Below are positions 43,440 to 53,598 of a DNA stretch of 64,000 bases, piece after piece (the first letter of the stretch is position 1; each line of letters opens with the position of its first letter). Below the pieces are notes generated by a model. That model was given only the letters and a program-made list of their open reading frames with translations. It searched no databases and was not told where the DNA came from. The position numbers were made by a program, and so were the translations under genes. Origin of the DNA: a virus; IMG/VR virus record IMGVR_UViG_3300013314_000001, positions 1-64,000 of that record; one strand, given 5' to 3'.

Positions 43440-43549
43440 TTAGCGTTGGGAAGACCCCTTCTCAATGGTGACTTTTCAGAAGTTAAGTAATACTACTGAA
43501 CTAGGTGCGAGAAAGATAACGCACGATAGTAATTACTTGAAATATTCTG

Positions 43550-44497
43550 ATGCTAGCCATTAAGGAAAATTTTAAACTAATCAATGGACTAGGGGTTGCA
43601 ATTGTCTCTCGCAACCTAGAATTAATTCAGCAAATTATACAGGATTTAGGCTCAAGAAACAAGGGAGAAATTCAACGCCTTTGGATAAGTATTGAGTCTG
43701 ACTTATCTGAGGAGGATATTAAGTGGTTCTACGTAACAGTCAAAGAACTTTTCTCGACTGAATTAGAAGAATTACCTCCATTATCTCCTCAAGAAAACCA
43801 CATTAAAGCTGAGATTGAAAACCGACTCTCATTATTTTTGGCATCTTTTCTTGAGAGAGGAACAGACTTATCGGTTCTGAGAAGCGACAAATTATATCGT
43901 GAAGACTATCCTACCTGGGGAAGTTACTGCCGTTTTGCTCTTGGAATTCACCCTGCCTACGCTGACAGATTGATCCGGGCTGCTGATATTGTTAAGGATT
44001 TGAAGCCAATTGGCGTGAATAGTATTCTCCCTGGCAATGAACTTATTGTCAGAGAACTCAGCAGAATTGAGCCTGAGCTACGGCAAGTTGTATGGGAACA
44101 GGTGGTTAGGTCTGGGGATAAAATCACAGCTGACAACGTGCGTCGGGTTCATGATACCTACGAAGTTGTCAAACCCATTGAATTAATTGTTGGGGATTTT
44201 AAACCAGGACAAATAGTAGCAATCAATTCACCCGATACAAAACTATCTATTGGAAGAGTCATAAGTATTACTCCCAATAAAAGATATAAGATTAAATCTG
44301 GTATTGAAATATTTACTTTTGTCCCAAAAAGTATTGAGGCATTAGATTTTAGTCAGTATATATTTAGCAGAATTGAAAAGCTAACTACATCTGATAAATT
44401 GCAAGTTCAATTAATAGGTCAATCATTCTTTTACTGCAAAGTAATTGAAGATTGGCAAATTAAACTACTATCTTTTTTAGAGGAAATATGTCTTTAG
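43550..44497 (+). CDS. hypothetical DNA-binding protein (ParB/KorB-like HTH segment)
   Basis: LRSDKLYREDYPTWGSYCRFALGIHPAYADRLIRAADIVKDL resembles the HTH module of ParB-like phage proteins. The assignment is weak. Confidence 0.35.
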   Translation: MLAIKENFKLINGLGVAIVSRNLELIQQIIQDLGSRNKGEIQRLWISIESDLSEEDIKWFYVTVKELFSTELEELPPLSPQENHIKAEIENRLSLFLASFLERGTDLSVLRSDKLYREDYPTWGSYCRFALGIHPAYADRLIRAADIVKDLKPIGVNSILPGNELIVRELSRIEPELRQVVWEQVVRSGDKITADNVRRVHDTYEVVKPIELIVGDFKPGQIVAINSPDTKLSIGRVISITPNKRYKIKSGIEIFTFVPKSIEALDFSQYIFSRIEKLTTSDKLQVQLIGQSFFYCKVIEDWQIKLLSFLEEICL

Positions 44498-45138
44498 AAT
44501 TGTTTATTGCTTACGCTAATACTAGAGATATTCCTACTCGTAATATGCTAGTCAAGCTTAATCTAAACCTTGCACGAAAGGTAGCGCACTCTATAAAAAA
44601 GTTTTGTGCTGAACCCTATGAAGACTTAGAACAAGAGGCGGCGATTGGATTAGTAAGAAGTGTAGAGCATTTCGATCCACATCGCGGATTAAAGTTTAGT
44701 AGCTTTGCAGTGCCATATATTCATGGCAAACTCTTGCAGTATCTCAGGGACAAAGGGCATTCAATTAGGCTTACTCAAGCTATGCAAACCCTTAATAACA
44801 AAGGGAAAAAAGCAGCAGCATTGTTATCTCAAAAGCTAGGACGTACAGCGACACTCTCAGAGGTGGCAGCACATCTTGGATGTTGTGCTGATGAGTATAG
44901 AGCAGCAGTTCAGGCAAATATCATCTCTTCTAACTGTGAGCCTATTAATTTAGACTCAGAAGAAGTAATGAGAATTGAGAGTAATAACCAGTACATTTAT
45001 TACGCCCCTGAGATTAAGATTAATTGGGATTCTTTGACTCAGAGTGAACTAGGAACGCTAGAAAACAAAAGCGGTGAACGCCGGAGACTATGGCACAGCC
45101 TAGCGAAAATGAATGCCCCCTATAATAACGACGGCTAG
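44488..45138 (+). CDS. sigma-70 family RNA polymerase sigma factor
   Basis: Region 2: EDLEQEAAIGLVRSVEHFDPHRGLKFSSFAVPYIHGKLLQYLRD. Has a region 3/4-like HTH TLSEVAAHLGCCADEY. Confidence 0.8.
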   Translation: MSLELFIAYANTRDIPTRNMLVKLNLNLARKVAHSIKKFCAEPYEDLEQEAAIGLVRSVEHFDPHRGLKFSSFAVPYIHGKLLQYLRDKGHSIRLTQAMQTLNNKGKKAAALLSQKLGRTATLSEVAAHLGCCADEYRAAVQANIISSNCEPINLDSEEVMRIESNNQYIYYAPEIKINWDSLTQSELGTLENKSGERRRLWHSLAKMNAPYNNDG

Positions 45139-46636
45139 CGGTTTACCTGGAGGAGAAGGTAATCTTGGTAAATTCTATTCTCAAGCTTGGCACGATGAAC
45201 AAGCTCGTATATTTGCTGCGTCTAAGCAAGGTAGACGAGCGCAAATTGTCGTTGATAAATATTCTAATAATCCACAAGTAAATAATATAGTTGACAATAC
45301 TCATTTTGAACCTTGGACTAATTATGATGCTCAAACTGTTCAGCCTGTAAATAAATCAGCAGGGCGAGTGATTGCTGATAAAAATAATGATTTAAATATA
45401 GATGACCCTTGGACTACGCAAGAATCCACATTACCTGCATCAATTTTAGAAAGTAATATTTTTCCTGGGGCTAAAGCTGCTAGTCCAATTATCAATGACC
45501 CAATAGCAGGGCGTAGTCCTTGGTTACATGATGACTCAGCGCCTCAAATTCCCACGGGCTATCAATCTATTCCTATACAATCACACATCCCAGAGTTTGA
45601 AAAGTTTGACCAAAGCTACAGACAAGTAAGCAATAATCCACCTGACGCAATACCTACAGGCTATCAAAAAGAATCTACTCAACCCCATATCCCAGGCTTT
45701 GAAAAGTTTGACCAAAGCTATCGCAATGTATCTACTGCACCCGGACAGATCCCAACCACTTCACCTTACTATGTAGAACAAGCTGCATTGCCTTTGGAAA
45801 CTGGACATGAGCAAACAGAACTTCCTTTGTATTCTCAAACCTACGATCCAACTGCTCAAGTTCCCTACGAAGCTTTTATAAAACCTCAGTATGGTTTTTT
45901 TGATAGTATTCGCAAGGGCTTAAGTAGTGGGTTTGATTATAGCATTAACAGTGAAGAACATCCACACGCTAAATCAGTTGTCTTTGAGCGCGCTCCTAGT
46001 TATGAATATGATTACTTACCCCCATCTGGACAAGCCGCTTATTTTGCAGGAAGAATCGCCGGAGATGCAGCTGGATATGGAACTAAACATTTTCTCTGGA
46101 GAACTCAACCAGAAGATATTGCTGGCACATATTCAGGTAAAGGTATTAGAGAAGCTGGCGGCTCTCGATTTGCTAATGTAGTAGGTCCAGTTGCCGTTAC
46201 TTCAGCAATGGCACTAGGTTCTAACATTTATAATCCATTTAATTTAGCGCAAGGTGGTAGACCTTTAGGCTACGCTGCATCTTCCCCAGACCCTAACGAC
46301 CCAAGAGAATCGACAGCGCCAATCTATGATATGGCAATTGAGAAAGGATTTCTTGGGCATCGGGGACGGTTACTACCTTGGGAACAATTTAAACAAGAAC
46401 GCCCTGACGTAAGCTACCAACAATATTCTGATTATCAAAGTTATCTCAGTAATAAAGATGATAACTTTCTGCGTAATGCAACACTAGGCATAGTCAAAGG
46501 TGACATGAATGGTGTTAATGGCCCAGAGATTTCTATTGGTGGATACTCTGTTACTCCGATGGGGGCAGCTGCTGCACTGGGAACTTATGCGGCGATTCGT
46601 CATGGCATTGGTCGGGTTGGGATGTTGACTCGGTAA
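45113..46636 (+). CDS. hypothetical protein (507 aa), probable virion/morphogenesis-associated
   Basis: Contains an internal duplicated segment IPTGYQ..S.Q.HIP.FEKFDQSYR. Function is by context only. Confidence 0.45.
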   Translation: MPPIITTASGLPGGEGNLGKFYSQAWHDEQARIFAASKQGRRAQIVVDKYSNNPQVNNIVDNTHFEPWTNYDAQTVQPVNKSAGRVIADKNNDLNIDDPWTTQESTLPASILESNIFPGAKAASPIINDPIAGRSPWLHDDSAPQIPTGYQSIPIQSHIPEFEKFDQSYRQVSNNPPDAIPTGYQKESTQPHIPGFEKFDQSYRNVSTAPGQIPTTSPYYVEQAALPLETGHEQTELPLYSQTYDPTAQVPYEAFIKPQYGFFDSIRKGLSSGFDYSINSEEHPHAKSVVFERAPSYEYDYLPPSGQAAYFAGRIAGDAAGYGTKHFLWRTQPEDIAGTYSGKGIREAGGSRFANVVGPVAVTSAMALGSNIYNPFNLAQGGRPLGYAASSPDPNDPRESTAPIYDMAIEKGFLGHRGRLLPWEQFKQERPDVSYQQYSDYQSYLSNKDDNFLRNATLGIVKGDMNGVNGPEISIGGYSVTPMGAAAALGTYAAIRHGIGRVGMLTR

Positions 46637-46892
46637 ACTCTTTCTCTGCCAAGAATGCAATCACAACTGCAACCCTAGCAAGAATAAATTCATGGTCTAC
46701 ATTTTCTTCTTCTAAATGTCTTGCTACTTCTCTTAACAATTCCATACACCGATTGTTGTCAAGAGTTTTATAAAGTTCCCCAGGCTCAATCGGTAATTGA
46801 ATAGTCCAAGTCTCACCTTCAGCGCAACACTGTTCAATTTCCCCATTCTTAAGTTGACGTTTAACTAGCTCAATCTTATCGGCTTCTGTCAT
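46551..46892 (-). CDS. hypothetical protein (lone minus-strand ORF)
   Basis: 113 aa. It overlaps ORF 45113..46636 by 86 nt, and its start codon overlaps the divergent start of ORF 46891 (CATG). It may be spurious. Confidence 0.3.
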   Translation of the reverse strand: MTEADKIELVKRQLKNGEIEQCCAEGETWTIQLPIEPGELYKTLDNNRCMELLREVARHLEEENVDHEFILARVAVVIAFLAEKEFTESTSQPDQCHDESPHKFPVQQLPPSE

Positions 46893-47643
46893 GGTATTAC
46901 CCTACTTAACTCCTAAGATTAATCCACCACCAAGGTTTGCTAATATTGGCTTTGATACTCGTAACTATATTAACCCTAATATCCTTGAAAATGTTCATGC
47001 AATAAACGGTAAGTTCACAAAAGATGAACTACAATCTAATTACACTTCAGGTAATGCAAAATTAAAATCAGCACCCGCCTATGGTGTAACTCAAGCAGCA
47101 CAAATAATTATTGATGCTAATCCTAATATAGATGTTTACTCTGGAAGTATTGGTAATGAAATGCTTGCAGACGAATCTCCAACAATTAAGGGCGCTCATG
47201 GAAGAAGACTAAACCCTTTAGATGATGAAACTGATTACATTACTTTAATCCGTGATGATCTTAATAATTTAGGCGCATTGCAAACATTGAATCATGAGAC
47301 TGGGCATTACCGTATGGGACACAGTACACCACTAGGGTCTGTTGCTATGCCTGAATCTATCAATGGTCGAAACAATACCGATAAAGCACTGAAGGAAATA
47401 GAAGCTGAAAGCGTAGCGGCTGCTACGATGAATCGGTTGGGCTATGGGTATGCCCCTGGATTAGTTGATAGAAGCAGTTCATATATTGCTAGGTGGTATA
47501 ATGACTTACCGCGCCAATGGCAAACACCAGTTTTAACAGACAGAGTAAACAATAGAGCGAATGAATTGGCTACTCAACTTGTGCCAGAACCTATCAGAAG
47601 ATTCGGCCCCATTTCTACACGAATAGCTAACTTAGCTTTTTAG
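46891..47643 (+). CDS. HExxH zinc-metallopeptidase-like protein
   Basis: LNHETGHYRMGH followed by EIEAESVAAATMNRLGY, an ImmA/IrrE/ArdC-C-like pattern. Confidence 0.5.
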   Translation: MVLPYLTPKINPPPRFANIGFDTRNYINPNILENVHAINGKFTKDELQSNYTSGNAKLKSAPAYGVTQAAQIIIDANPNIDVYSGSIGNEMLADESPTIKGAHGRRLNPLDDETDYITLIRDDLNNLGALQTLNHETGHYRMGHSTPLGSVAMPESINGRNNTDKALKEIEAESVAAATMNRLGYGYAPGLVDRSSSYIARWYNDLPRQWQTPVLTDRVNNRANELATQLVPEPIRRFGPISTRIANLAF

Positions 47644-47672
47644 GAAAACTAACTTTAACAATTTATACTTTT

Positions 47673-48179
47673 ATGAACATAGGCAACCCATTAGAGGCAC
47701 TACCCCGTTATGCCAAAATTGTAGATGTAGGACTTAGAAACAAACCATTCTCAGCATATCAGCCCGGCATGAATGCTCCCGTAGGTAGAGCAGATTCAGC
47801 GCTTTATAATGCTGCTAACTGGGCGACTAATCACAGACCAATAGCTGCTGCTGGGGTAATTGGTGCGGTTGCTGCTAATCAAATGCTGGGCAATCCCGTT
47901 GGTGGTATTACAGATGCTTTAACTTTTGGGATGACAAACTTTCGCCCTGACACAGTAGTAGGTGCTGAACCAGTACAGCAAAGTATAATTATGCAACAGC
48001 CGGGAATGCCTACTTCAAATCAAGCTGGTGTACCAACTGTACCAATAAGTTTACCAGCTTTGAACGAGGAAGACCGGAAGCGGCAACTACAATATCTGCA
48101 ACGACAAATGGCTACTAGCCTAATTACAATGCAGGGATTACAGCAAGCGGGAGGTGGTGATAATGGCGGGAATTATTAA
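47673..48179 (+). CDS. hypothetical protein
   Basis: 168-aa ORF, Gly/Ala/Gln-rich. Confidence 0.5.
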   Translation: MNIGNPLEALPRYAKIVDVGLRNKPFSAYQPGMNAPVGRADSALYNAANWATNHRPIAAAGVIGAVAANQMLGNPVGGITDALTFGMTNFRPDTVVGAEPVQQSIIMQQPGMPTSNQAGVPTVPISLPALNEEDRKRQLQYLQRQMATSLITMQGLQQAGGGDNGGNY

Positions 48180-48369
48180 TTTTTTCTTTGAGCTTTATTC
48201 CTCACTAGAATTTTGGAAAGTCCTTGGAATTCTTTTTCTAGTTGATAATATTTTTGATTTACAAAGTCATCCATCTAATGTATATCCTGCGATTAGCTTA
48301 TTTGTAAATCTTGCGGCTGGAATTCTTTGTCATTTTGTTAAAAGGAGTATTGATAATGGGAATAGTTGA
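48154..48369 (+). CDS. small membrane protein
   Basis: 71 aa with two hydrophobic helices. Confidence 0.4.
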   Translation: MVIMAGIINFFFELYSSLEFWKVLGILFLVDNIFDLQSHPSNVYPAISLFVNLAAGILCHFVKRSIDNGNS

Positions 48370-48847
48370 TGCACTTAAACTAGGCTGGCGTAGTATAGGT
48401 GATGATGCTGCTCGTGTTGCACTTGGACATGATGTAGCAGGAGCAATCAAAACTGCCAGTATTAATGATGCTGTAAGCCGTGGTGTTAGTGGACAAGACT
48501 TAGCACAACTTTATCCCCAAATTCAAAGTAATGCTGAAGATTTTCTTACCAATTTTCATGCAGCATATAAACCACCGACTTTTGATTCAGTACCACAGAA
48601 TTTAGCTTATGGTGCTACTCGCAAAGTTGCTGGTGGTTTGAATGCGATTAATCAAGGACTAGAAGGTGTAGGTGGTATACCTGGGGCAGCATTACAAGCA
48701 GCCTTTGTTGCACCTATGTTTATGCAGGGAGGGGGTCAACAGCAAGCACAGCAAAATAGCTATACAAATGATGATGTTGATATGATGCGTCGCCAACAAG
48801 CAATGCAGCAGCAACAACAGCAACAACAAACACAATATTATGGGTAG
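48356..48847 (+). CDS. hypothetical Q-rich protein
   Basis: Start refined to ATG 48356, preceded by AAAGGAG. C-terminal QQAMQQQQQQQQTQYYG. Confidence 0.5.
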   Translation: MGIVDALKLGWRSIGDDAARVALGHDVAGAIKTASINDAVSRGVSGQDLAQLYPQIQSNAEDFLTNFHAAYKPPTFDSVPQNLAYGATRKVAGGLNAINQGLEGVGGIPGAALQAAFVAPMFMQGGGQQQAQQNSYTNDDVDMMRRQQAMQQQQQQQQTQYYG

Positions 48848-49901
48848 AATAGCTAGCTTACTTGGTAAAGCTGCTCCTGTCGTTGGTGGTTATATGGATT
48901 ATCAAACTAGCAAAAATGCGGGTTATGACGATATCCATTCAATCGCAAATGCCACCGGTTCAACTGCTGGTGGTTGGGCTGGTGCTGAAGCTGGAGGACT
49001 AGCTGGTGGTGCTATTGGTACTGCCATTTTACCAGGCATAGGGACTGCAATAGGTGCTGGCATTGGTGGGATTGGTGGAGCGATCGCTGGCTCTGGTATT
49101 GGCAGTTGGTTGACAGGTAGTACAGATGATTTAATAAGAGGAAAACAAATGCAACACTTTGATCGTAACGGTAATTATCTTGGTGATGATGGTGCTGCTG
49201 AACCTAGCGGTAGCAGTAGTAATAATTCTTTTAGTCAACAACCAGACTATGTGCATGCTGGGCTTAATACAGTTGCAGGTGCTACTCTTCTGGGTACAGG
49301 AATAGCAGCAGGTAAAAACTTATTGCAAAATGGTGTTAACCCTATAAGTAATTATCAAGTTGCTAGAGGTTTAGGTTCAAGCGCTCCACAAGCAGCCAAA
49401 GCTGTAGGAAATACACTTTTTAGTGATGCGGGTCGTGCTTTAACAAAACTTCCAGGATGGGGCAAACTATTAGGTGGCGCTGCACTAGCTTATGATGCTG
49501 ACCAACTTGCTGGGCAACCAATAGAAAAAGGAATTGATAGTTTAACTAATCAGCGTACTAATTTAGACAACGACCCCGTTAATAGACAGAAGCAGCAGCA
49601 GCTACAGCAGTTACAACAAGACCAACAAAATGGTATGGCTCAACAGACAAGTGATGCTCAGTTGCAGCAAATGAATGATGACCCTAAAAATAGATTTATT
49701 CAGCAGCAAACTGATCGAGCGCATGGAATACAACAGCAAGATTATTGGAACCAGTATAACCGTGTACAGCAAGACGCTCAAGAACAATCTCGTAATCAGT
49801 TATCAGCAAATCTTGGTATAGGTTTAATGAACAATTGGAATACTTCAGCCCAAAATGTTAACGCCGCTATGCAAACTATTGGAAAGGCAAGCTACTTATA
49901 A
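48840..49901 (+). CDS. glycine-zipper / Q-rich protein
   Basis: GGWAGAEAGGLAGGAIGTAILPGIGTAIGAGIGGIGGAIAGSGIGSW, and a Q-rich C-terminal half. Confidence 0.5.
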   Translation: MGRIASLLGKAAPVVGGYMDYQTSKNAGYDDIHSIANATGSTAGGWAGAEAGGLAGGAIGTAILPGIGTAIGAGIGGIGGAIAGSGIGSWLTGSTDDLIRGKQMQHFDRNGNYLGDDGAAEPSGSSSNNSFSQQPDYVHAGLNTVAGATLLGTGIAAGKNLLQNGVNPISNYQVARGLGSSAPQAAKAVGNTLFSDAGRALTKLPGWGKLLGGAALAYDADQLAGQPIEKGIDSLTNQRTNLDNDPVNRQKQQQLQQLQQDQQNGMAQQTSDAQLQQMNDDPKNRFIQQQTDRAHGIQQQDYWNQYNRVQQDAQEQSRNQLSANLGIGLMNNWNTSAQNVNAAMQTIGKASYL

Positions 49902-50578
49902 TGCCAGTATCAACACAGCAAGACGCTCTAGATATGTCAAAACAATGGCAGGGTTGGCAAGGTGTTAATAATAATAACAGCCAAAATTTTATTGACAATA
50001 GAGTTGGAAAAGCACAACAACAACAGAAAGCTGATTATAATCAACAGTATAATCAGCAGCTAACTGATATGACTAACTGGGCACAGAATGCTAACTCAAT
50101 AAAAACTAACACTGATATTATTGCAAGACAAAGACAAGATAATCAGCAAGCTGCACAATTACAACAAAGTACTTTAGATAGAGCAGATGCAAACAAAAAT
50201 AGTTACGGTGGTAGTTCATCTACTTCTTATGGTATGAATGCGGCTCCTCCGTCTGGCTATGGTACTAATGTTTATGGACAAAGAACTCCATATAATCCTG
50301 ATACCGTATCTGACTGGCAAGATAACCAAGATAGGGTTGCAACTAATAATGCTCGAATGAGTCAAGCAAATGCGGCAGGAGATATAGCCCGTACTCAAGC
50401 TCAAACTGATGCTCAGTCAAGACTAACAACACAGCAAGCTGGAATTGATGCAGCGAAACAATCTCAGCAGAATAATTTTAATTCTCAGCAAGCTGCTGCT
50501 GATAGAGCATCACAACTAAACTTAGCTACTTTACAAAGCTATTCAATCAATCCAGGTAGTTTTAAATATTGGGGATAA
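49901..50578 (+). CDS. Q/N-rich protein
   Basis: 225 aa, low-complexity Q/N-rich. Its start overlaps the previous stop. Confidence 0.5.
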   Translation: MPVSTQQDALDMSKQWQGWQGVNNNNSQNFIDNRVGKAQQQQKADYNQQYNQQLTDMTNWAQNANSIKTNTDIIARQRQDNQQAAQLQQSTLDRADANKNSYGGSSSTSYGMNAAPPSGYGTNVYGQRTPYNPDTVSDWQDNQDRVATNNARMSQANAAGDIARTQAQTDAQSRLTTQQAGIDAAKQSQQNNFNSQQAAADRASQLNLATLQSYSINPGSFKYWG

Positions 50579-50584
50579 AATATT

Positions 50585-51142
50585 ATGGGAAGTGTAACAT
50601 TAACTGGAATTTCTACACCATTTAGCACATCATATGGTACGTCTCAAAAACCTATTAATCAAATGACTGATGAAGAGTTTGCAGCTTATGCATCAGGGCA
50701 ACAGACAAATCAAAATAGAACTAATCAATTAAATACTATTGCTGGAAGTGGTGTTAGTGCTGTTCAATTGCAAGCTCAACAACAAGCTAAAGACTTAGCA
50801 CAGACTCAACTAGATAATTCTGACAAACAAATGGCTCTCTCAAGTAAGTATCGGTCAGCAGAGTCAGAACAGAATAATCAAATAACTCAACAGCAAAACA
50901 CACAAAAATATGGTATTCAAACTGGGTTAAATACTCAAGAAAATACGCAGCAAACTGCTATGCAGAATAATCAAAATACACAGCAAACTGCTATGCAGAA
51001 TAATCAGAATACACAGCAAACTAATATGTTTAATCTTCAAAATCAAGCCAAGCAACAAGATACTCAAAGCGCTCGTAATGCTGCTAGTAGTTTATATTTT
51101 GGTCGAGCTAGGAATGGTAGTGGATTCCAAGGGCGGGGTTAA
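50585..51142 (+). CDS. Q/N-rich protein with tandem 11-aa repeat
   Basis: NTQQTAMQNNQ x2.5, encoded by the 33-bp tandem repeat. Confidence 0.5.
   Translation: MGSVTLTGISTPFSTSYGTSQKPINQMTDEEFAAYASGQQTNQNRTNQLNTIAGSGVSAVQLQAQQQAKDLAQTQLDNSDKQMALSSKYRSAESEQNNQITQQQNTQKYGIQTGLNTQENTQQTAMQNNQNTQQTAMQNNQNTQQTNMFNLQNQAKQQDTQSARNAASSLYFGRARNGSGFQGRG
50942..51028 (+). repeat. 33-bp tandem repeat, about 2.6 copies
   Basis: AATACGCAGCAAACTGCTATGCAGAATAATCAA (50942-50974), a near-identical copy at 50975-51007 and a partial copy at 51008-51028. Confidence 0.85.
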
Positions 51143-51336
51143 TGTACAAAGCTGGTAGCTACTCTCAGAATGTTTCAAGTGTCGATAGCAAAACTGTCAA
51201 TGACTTTGGTGGTGATTGGCATAAGGGGAATCCTAACTTTAGTGATGATAATAGCACTCACCTCAAGGCTAAGGATATGGCACAGCAGCAGCTTGATAAA
51301 AGAAAGTTTAATAAAACTGTTATCCCAGAAACTTAA
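51142..51336 (+). CDS. hypothetical protein
   Basis: 64-aa ORF with TAATG coupling to the upstream gene. Confidence 0.45.
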   Translation: MYKAGSYSQNVSSVDSKTVNDFGGDWHKGNPNFSDDNSTHLKAKDMAQQQLDKRKFNKTVIPET

Positions 51337-51443
51337 TCACGTCTTGTAGCAGAAGATAATGAACCTAGACCATTAACAAGTTACTCTAACCCAGTGCCTC
51401 CACCAATCAATTAACCAACAACATCCAACAATATCCAGGAACT

Positions 51444-51479
51444 ATAAGGGAAAGTTAATATACTATCCCTTATATTTTT
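51444..51479 (+). terminator. rho-independent terminator
   Basis: ATAAGGGA(51444-51451)/TCCCTTAT(51466-51473) followed by ATTTTT. Confidence 0.75.
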
Positions 51480-52043
51480 GTGCGTAAACAAAGACCTACT
51501 CTTGTCGATGAATTCAGGCAAGGGTTATCAGAAGAATTAGATAGCGAACTATTACGAATAGCTGAACTACCTAACGTTGCAGTTCCAGAGATTTATAACT
51601 GGCTAATTGTTAATCACTTCAAAGGTAGTCTCAGCGCTACTTATACTTGGTTTAACAACCATAAAAAAACAGGAGCGATTGCTGAGAAGTTCAACCTACT
51701 CCTGAAAGATTACGATGGTGTAGCCACAGAAAGGGTGCTACAAAAGCTACTCGTAATTTTAACAGAACAGATTGATGTAGCTATTACTAATATTGGGAAT
51801 GCTGAAGAACCAATTAGTGCAACCGAATATTTAAGGGCATTGCCTAACCTTGGCCGCGAGATTCGTTCTGTTATCCAGGCTTGTAACTCCCTTCAAGCGG
51901 TGCGCGATCGCAGAAGTTTGGAAGTAGCGGGAGCCTACAGATTATCCCAAGAATTATTAGTCACCTTTAAAGATTCCCCATTTGCTGATGCGCTTGATGA
52001 AGCGGTGCGTTCAGCCATGATTCTGATTGAAGATGAGGGGTAA
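51480..52043 (+). CDS. terS: putative terminase small subunit
   Basis: 187 aa with a GTG start, immediately upstream of and abutting TerL. Has an N-terminal HTH-like segment. The call is positional. Confidence 0.45.
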   Translation: MRKQRPTLVDEFRQGLSEELDSELLRIAELPNVAVPEIYNWLIVNHFKGSLSATYTWFNNHKKTGAIAEKFNLLLKDYDGVATERVLQKLLVILTEQIDVAITNIGNAEEPISATEYLRALPNLGREIRSVIQACNSLQAVRDRRSLEVAGAYRLSQELLVTFKDSPFADALDEAVRSAMILIEDEG

Positions 52044-53549
52044 GTGGGGAGAGCCAGCCGCAGTAGAAGAGATGCCCATCGGACTAAGGCTAGAGAGTTA
52101 GCACGGGCAGCAGGGATTAATAAACCTTCTGCTGAATCTCTTAGGGCGCGGCATGATTTTAGCTTTTTCTGTTACTGGATTACAAGAAATTCTTCTGAAC
52201 CAGCAACACCAGCAGAACACCATAAAGAATGGCATAAACACTGGGTTACTGAGCAAGATAGTAAATACTTGCTTCGTATTGCAGGGGACAATGTAGATTT
52301 GCTGGCACCACGAGGTTCAGGAAAATCTACATCGCTGGGTTTATTTGTGGCATGGGCGATTGGCTACCATACCATGCACAAAAAATTATTGCAGATATTG
52401 TACATATCCTACTCATTATCTGCGGCTCGCGGTAAATCAAAAACCATCAGAAGCATTATCGAATCTCCCGAATATGCTGAGATATTTCCGATGGTTGCGC
52501 CTGGACTTGAATGGTCAAACGATAACTGGAGCATAGACTTTAAACTTGCTGGCATTAAATCAACTGGTGCTGAAAGATTCACGATGATATGCGCTGGTGC
52601 AGCAGGAAGTATTACGTCAAAACGTGCGATGCTAATTATCCTGGATGATATTATCAAAAGCGCTGAACAAATAGCCAATCCAAGTGTTAGAGAAAAGATT
52701 GAGCGTAACTTTGTTAGTGTTATCCGTCCAACACTATTAGAAGGCGGAAGGATAATAGGACTAGGCACAAGGTTCAGACCAGATGATATTCACGTTACTA
52801 GATTTAATTCTAAAAAAGGCTGGATACAAATAGAACAGCAAGCAATCCTTGTTGATGAGTATGGAATTGAGCGTTCATACTGGGAAAGTTTCTGGTCATT
52901 AGCATATTTAAAACAGTTACAAAAAGATGATCCTTTATCTTTCAGCTACCAATTTCAAAACAAAATTGTACCACTTGATGAGATGGGTTTACATCCATCT
53001 TGGATACACTTTGAAGATATTCCAGAATCATTTGATTGCTACGCTGTGGGGATTGACTTAGCATCATCACTAAAACAAAAAGCCGATTTCACAGTTATGA
53101 CTTTAATCGGCAAGCTTAATGATAAATATTATGTGCTTGACTATCGGCGTGGTAAATGGAATGGGAACTTAGAAAAGTGTCAGCAGTTAGTTGAGCTATA
53201 CGAAGAATGGATAGAGCCAGGTATACCATTCACTGTGTTCTGCGAAGATACAAGTTACCAAAGTTCATTCCAAGGTGACTTCACAAACTATGTTGTTAAT
53301 GACTTAAAAATTTATGATATGCAGTGCAGGGGAGCAAGAATGAAAGGAGACAAATTAGCTCACTTGTTAAGTATCTCAGGCATCTTTGCCAATGGTGCAG
53401 TTGCCTACAATAGATTCAGATTTCATATAGAAGATGACATGATAAAAGAGCTTACACAATTTGGTGCAATGCCTCACGATGATGCGCTTGATAGCCTTGT
53501 ACTTGCTTTACAAGGATTAGGCTCTAGACGAAAGTTGCTTGCAGTGTGA
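52044..53549 (+). CDS. terL: terminase large subunit
   Basis: Walker A LLAPRGSGKST, Walker B MLIILDD, and nuclease-domain acidic motifs VGIDLA and PHDDALDSL. Confidence 0.9.
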   Translation: MGRASRSRRDAHRTKARELARAAGINKPSAESLRARHDFSFFCYWITRNSSEPATPAEHHKEWHKHWVTEQDSKYLLRIAGDNVDLLAPRGSGKSTSLGLFVAWAIGYHTMHKKLLQILYISYSLSAARGKSKTIRSIIESPEYAEIFPMVAPGLEWSNDNWSIDFKLAGIKSTGAERFTMICAGAAGSITSKRAMLIILDDIIKSAEQIANPSVREKIERNFVSVIRPTLLEGGRIIGLGTRFRPDDIHVTRFNSKKGWIQIEQQAILVDEYGIERSYWESFWSLAYLKQLQKDDPLSFSYQFQNKIVPLDEMGLHPSWIHFEDIPESFDCYAVGIDLASSLKQKADFTVMTLIGKLNDKYYVLDYRRGKWNGNLEKCQQLVELYEEWIEPGIPFTVFCEDTSYQSSFQGDFTNYVVNDLKIYDMQCRGARMKGDKLAHLLSISGIFANGAVAYNRFRFHIEDDMIKELTQFGAMPHDDALDSLVLALQGLGSRRKLLAV

Positions 53550-53550
53550 G

Positions 53551-53598
53551 ATAATAATAGAAAGCCCAGCGTTCTTTCTTGGCGGTCAGAACCTGAGC
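53551..53598 (+). repeat. 48-nt repeat, copy 1 (partner at 58400..58448)
   Basis: ATAATAGAAAGCCCAGCGTTCTTTCTTGGCGGTCAGAACCTGAG versus ATAATAGTTAAAGCCCAGCGTTCTTTTACTTGGCAGTTGAGAACCTGGG. Confidence 0.75.
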
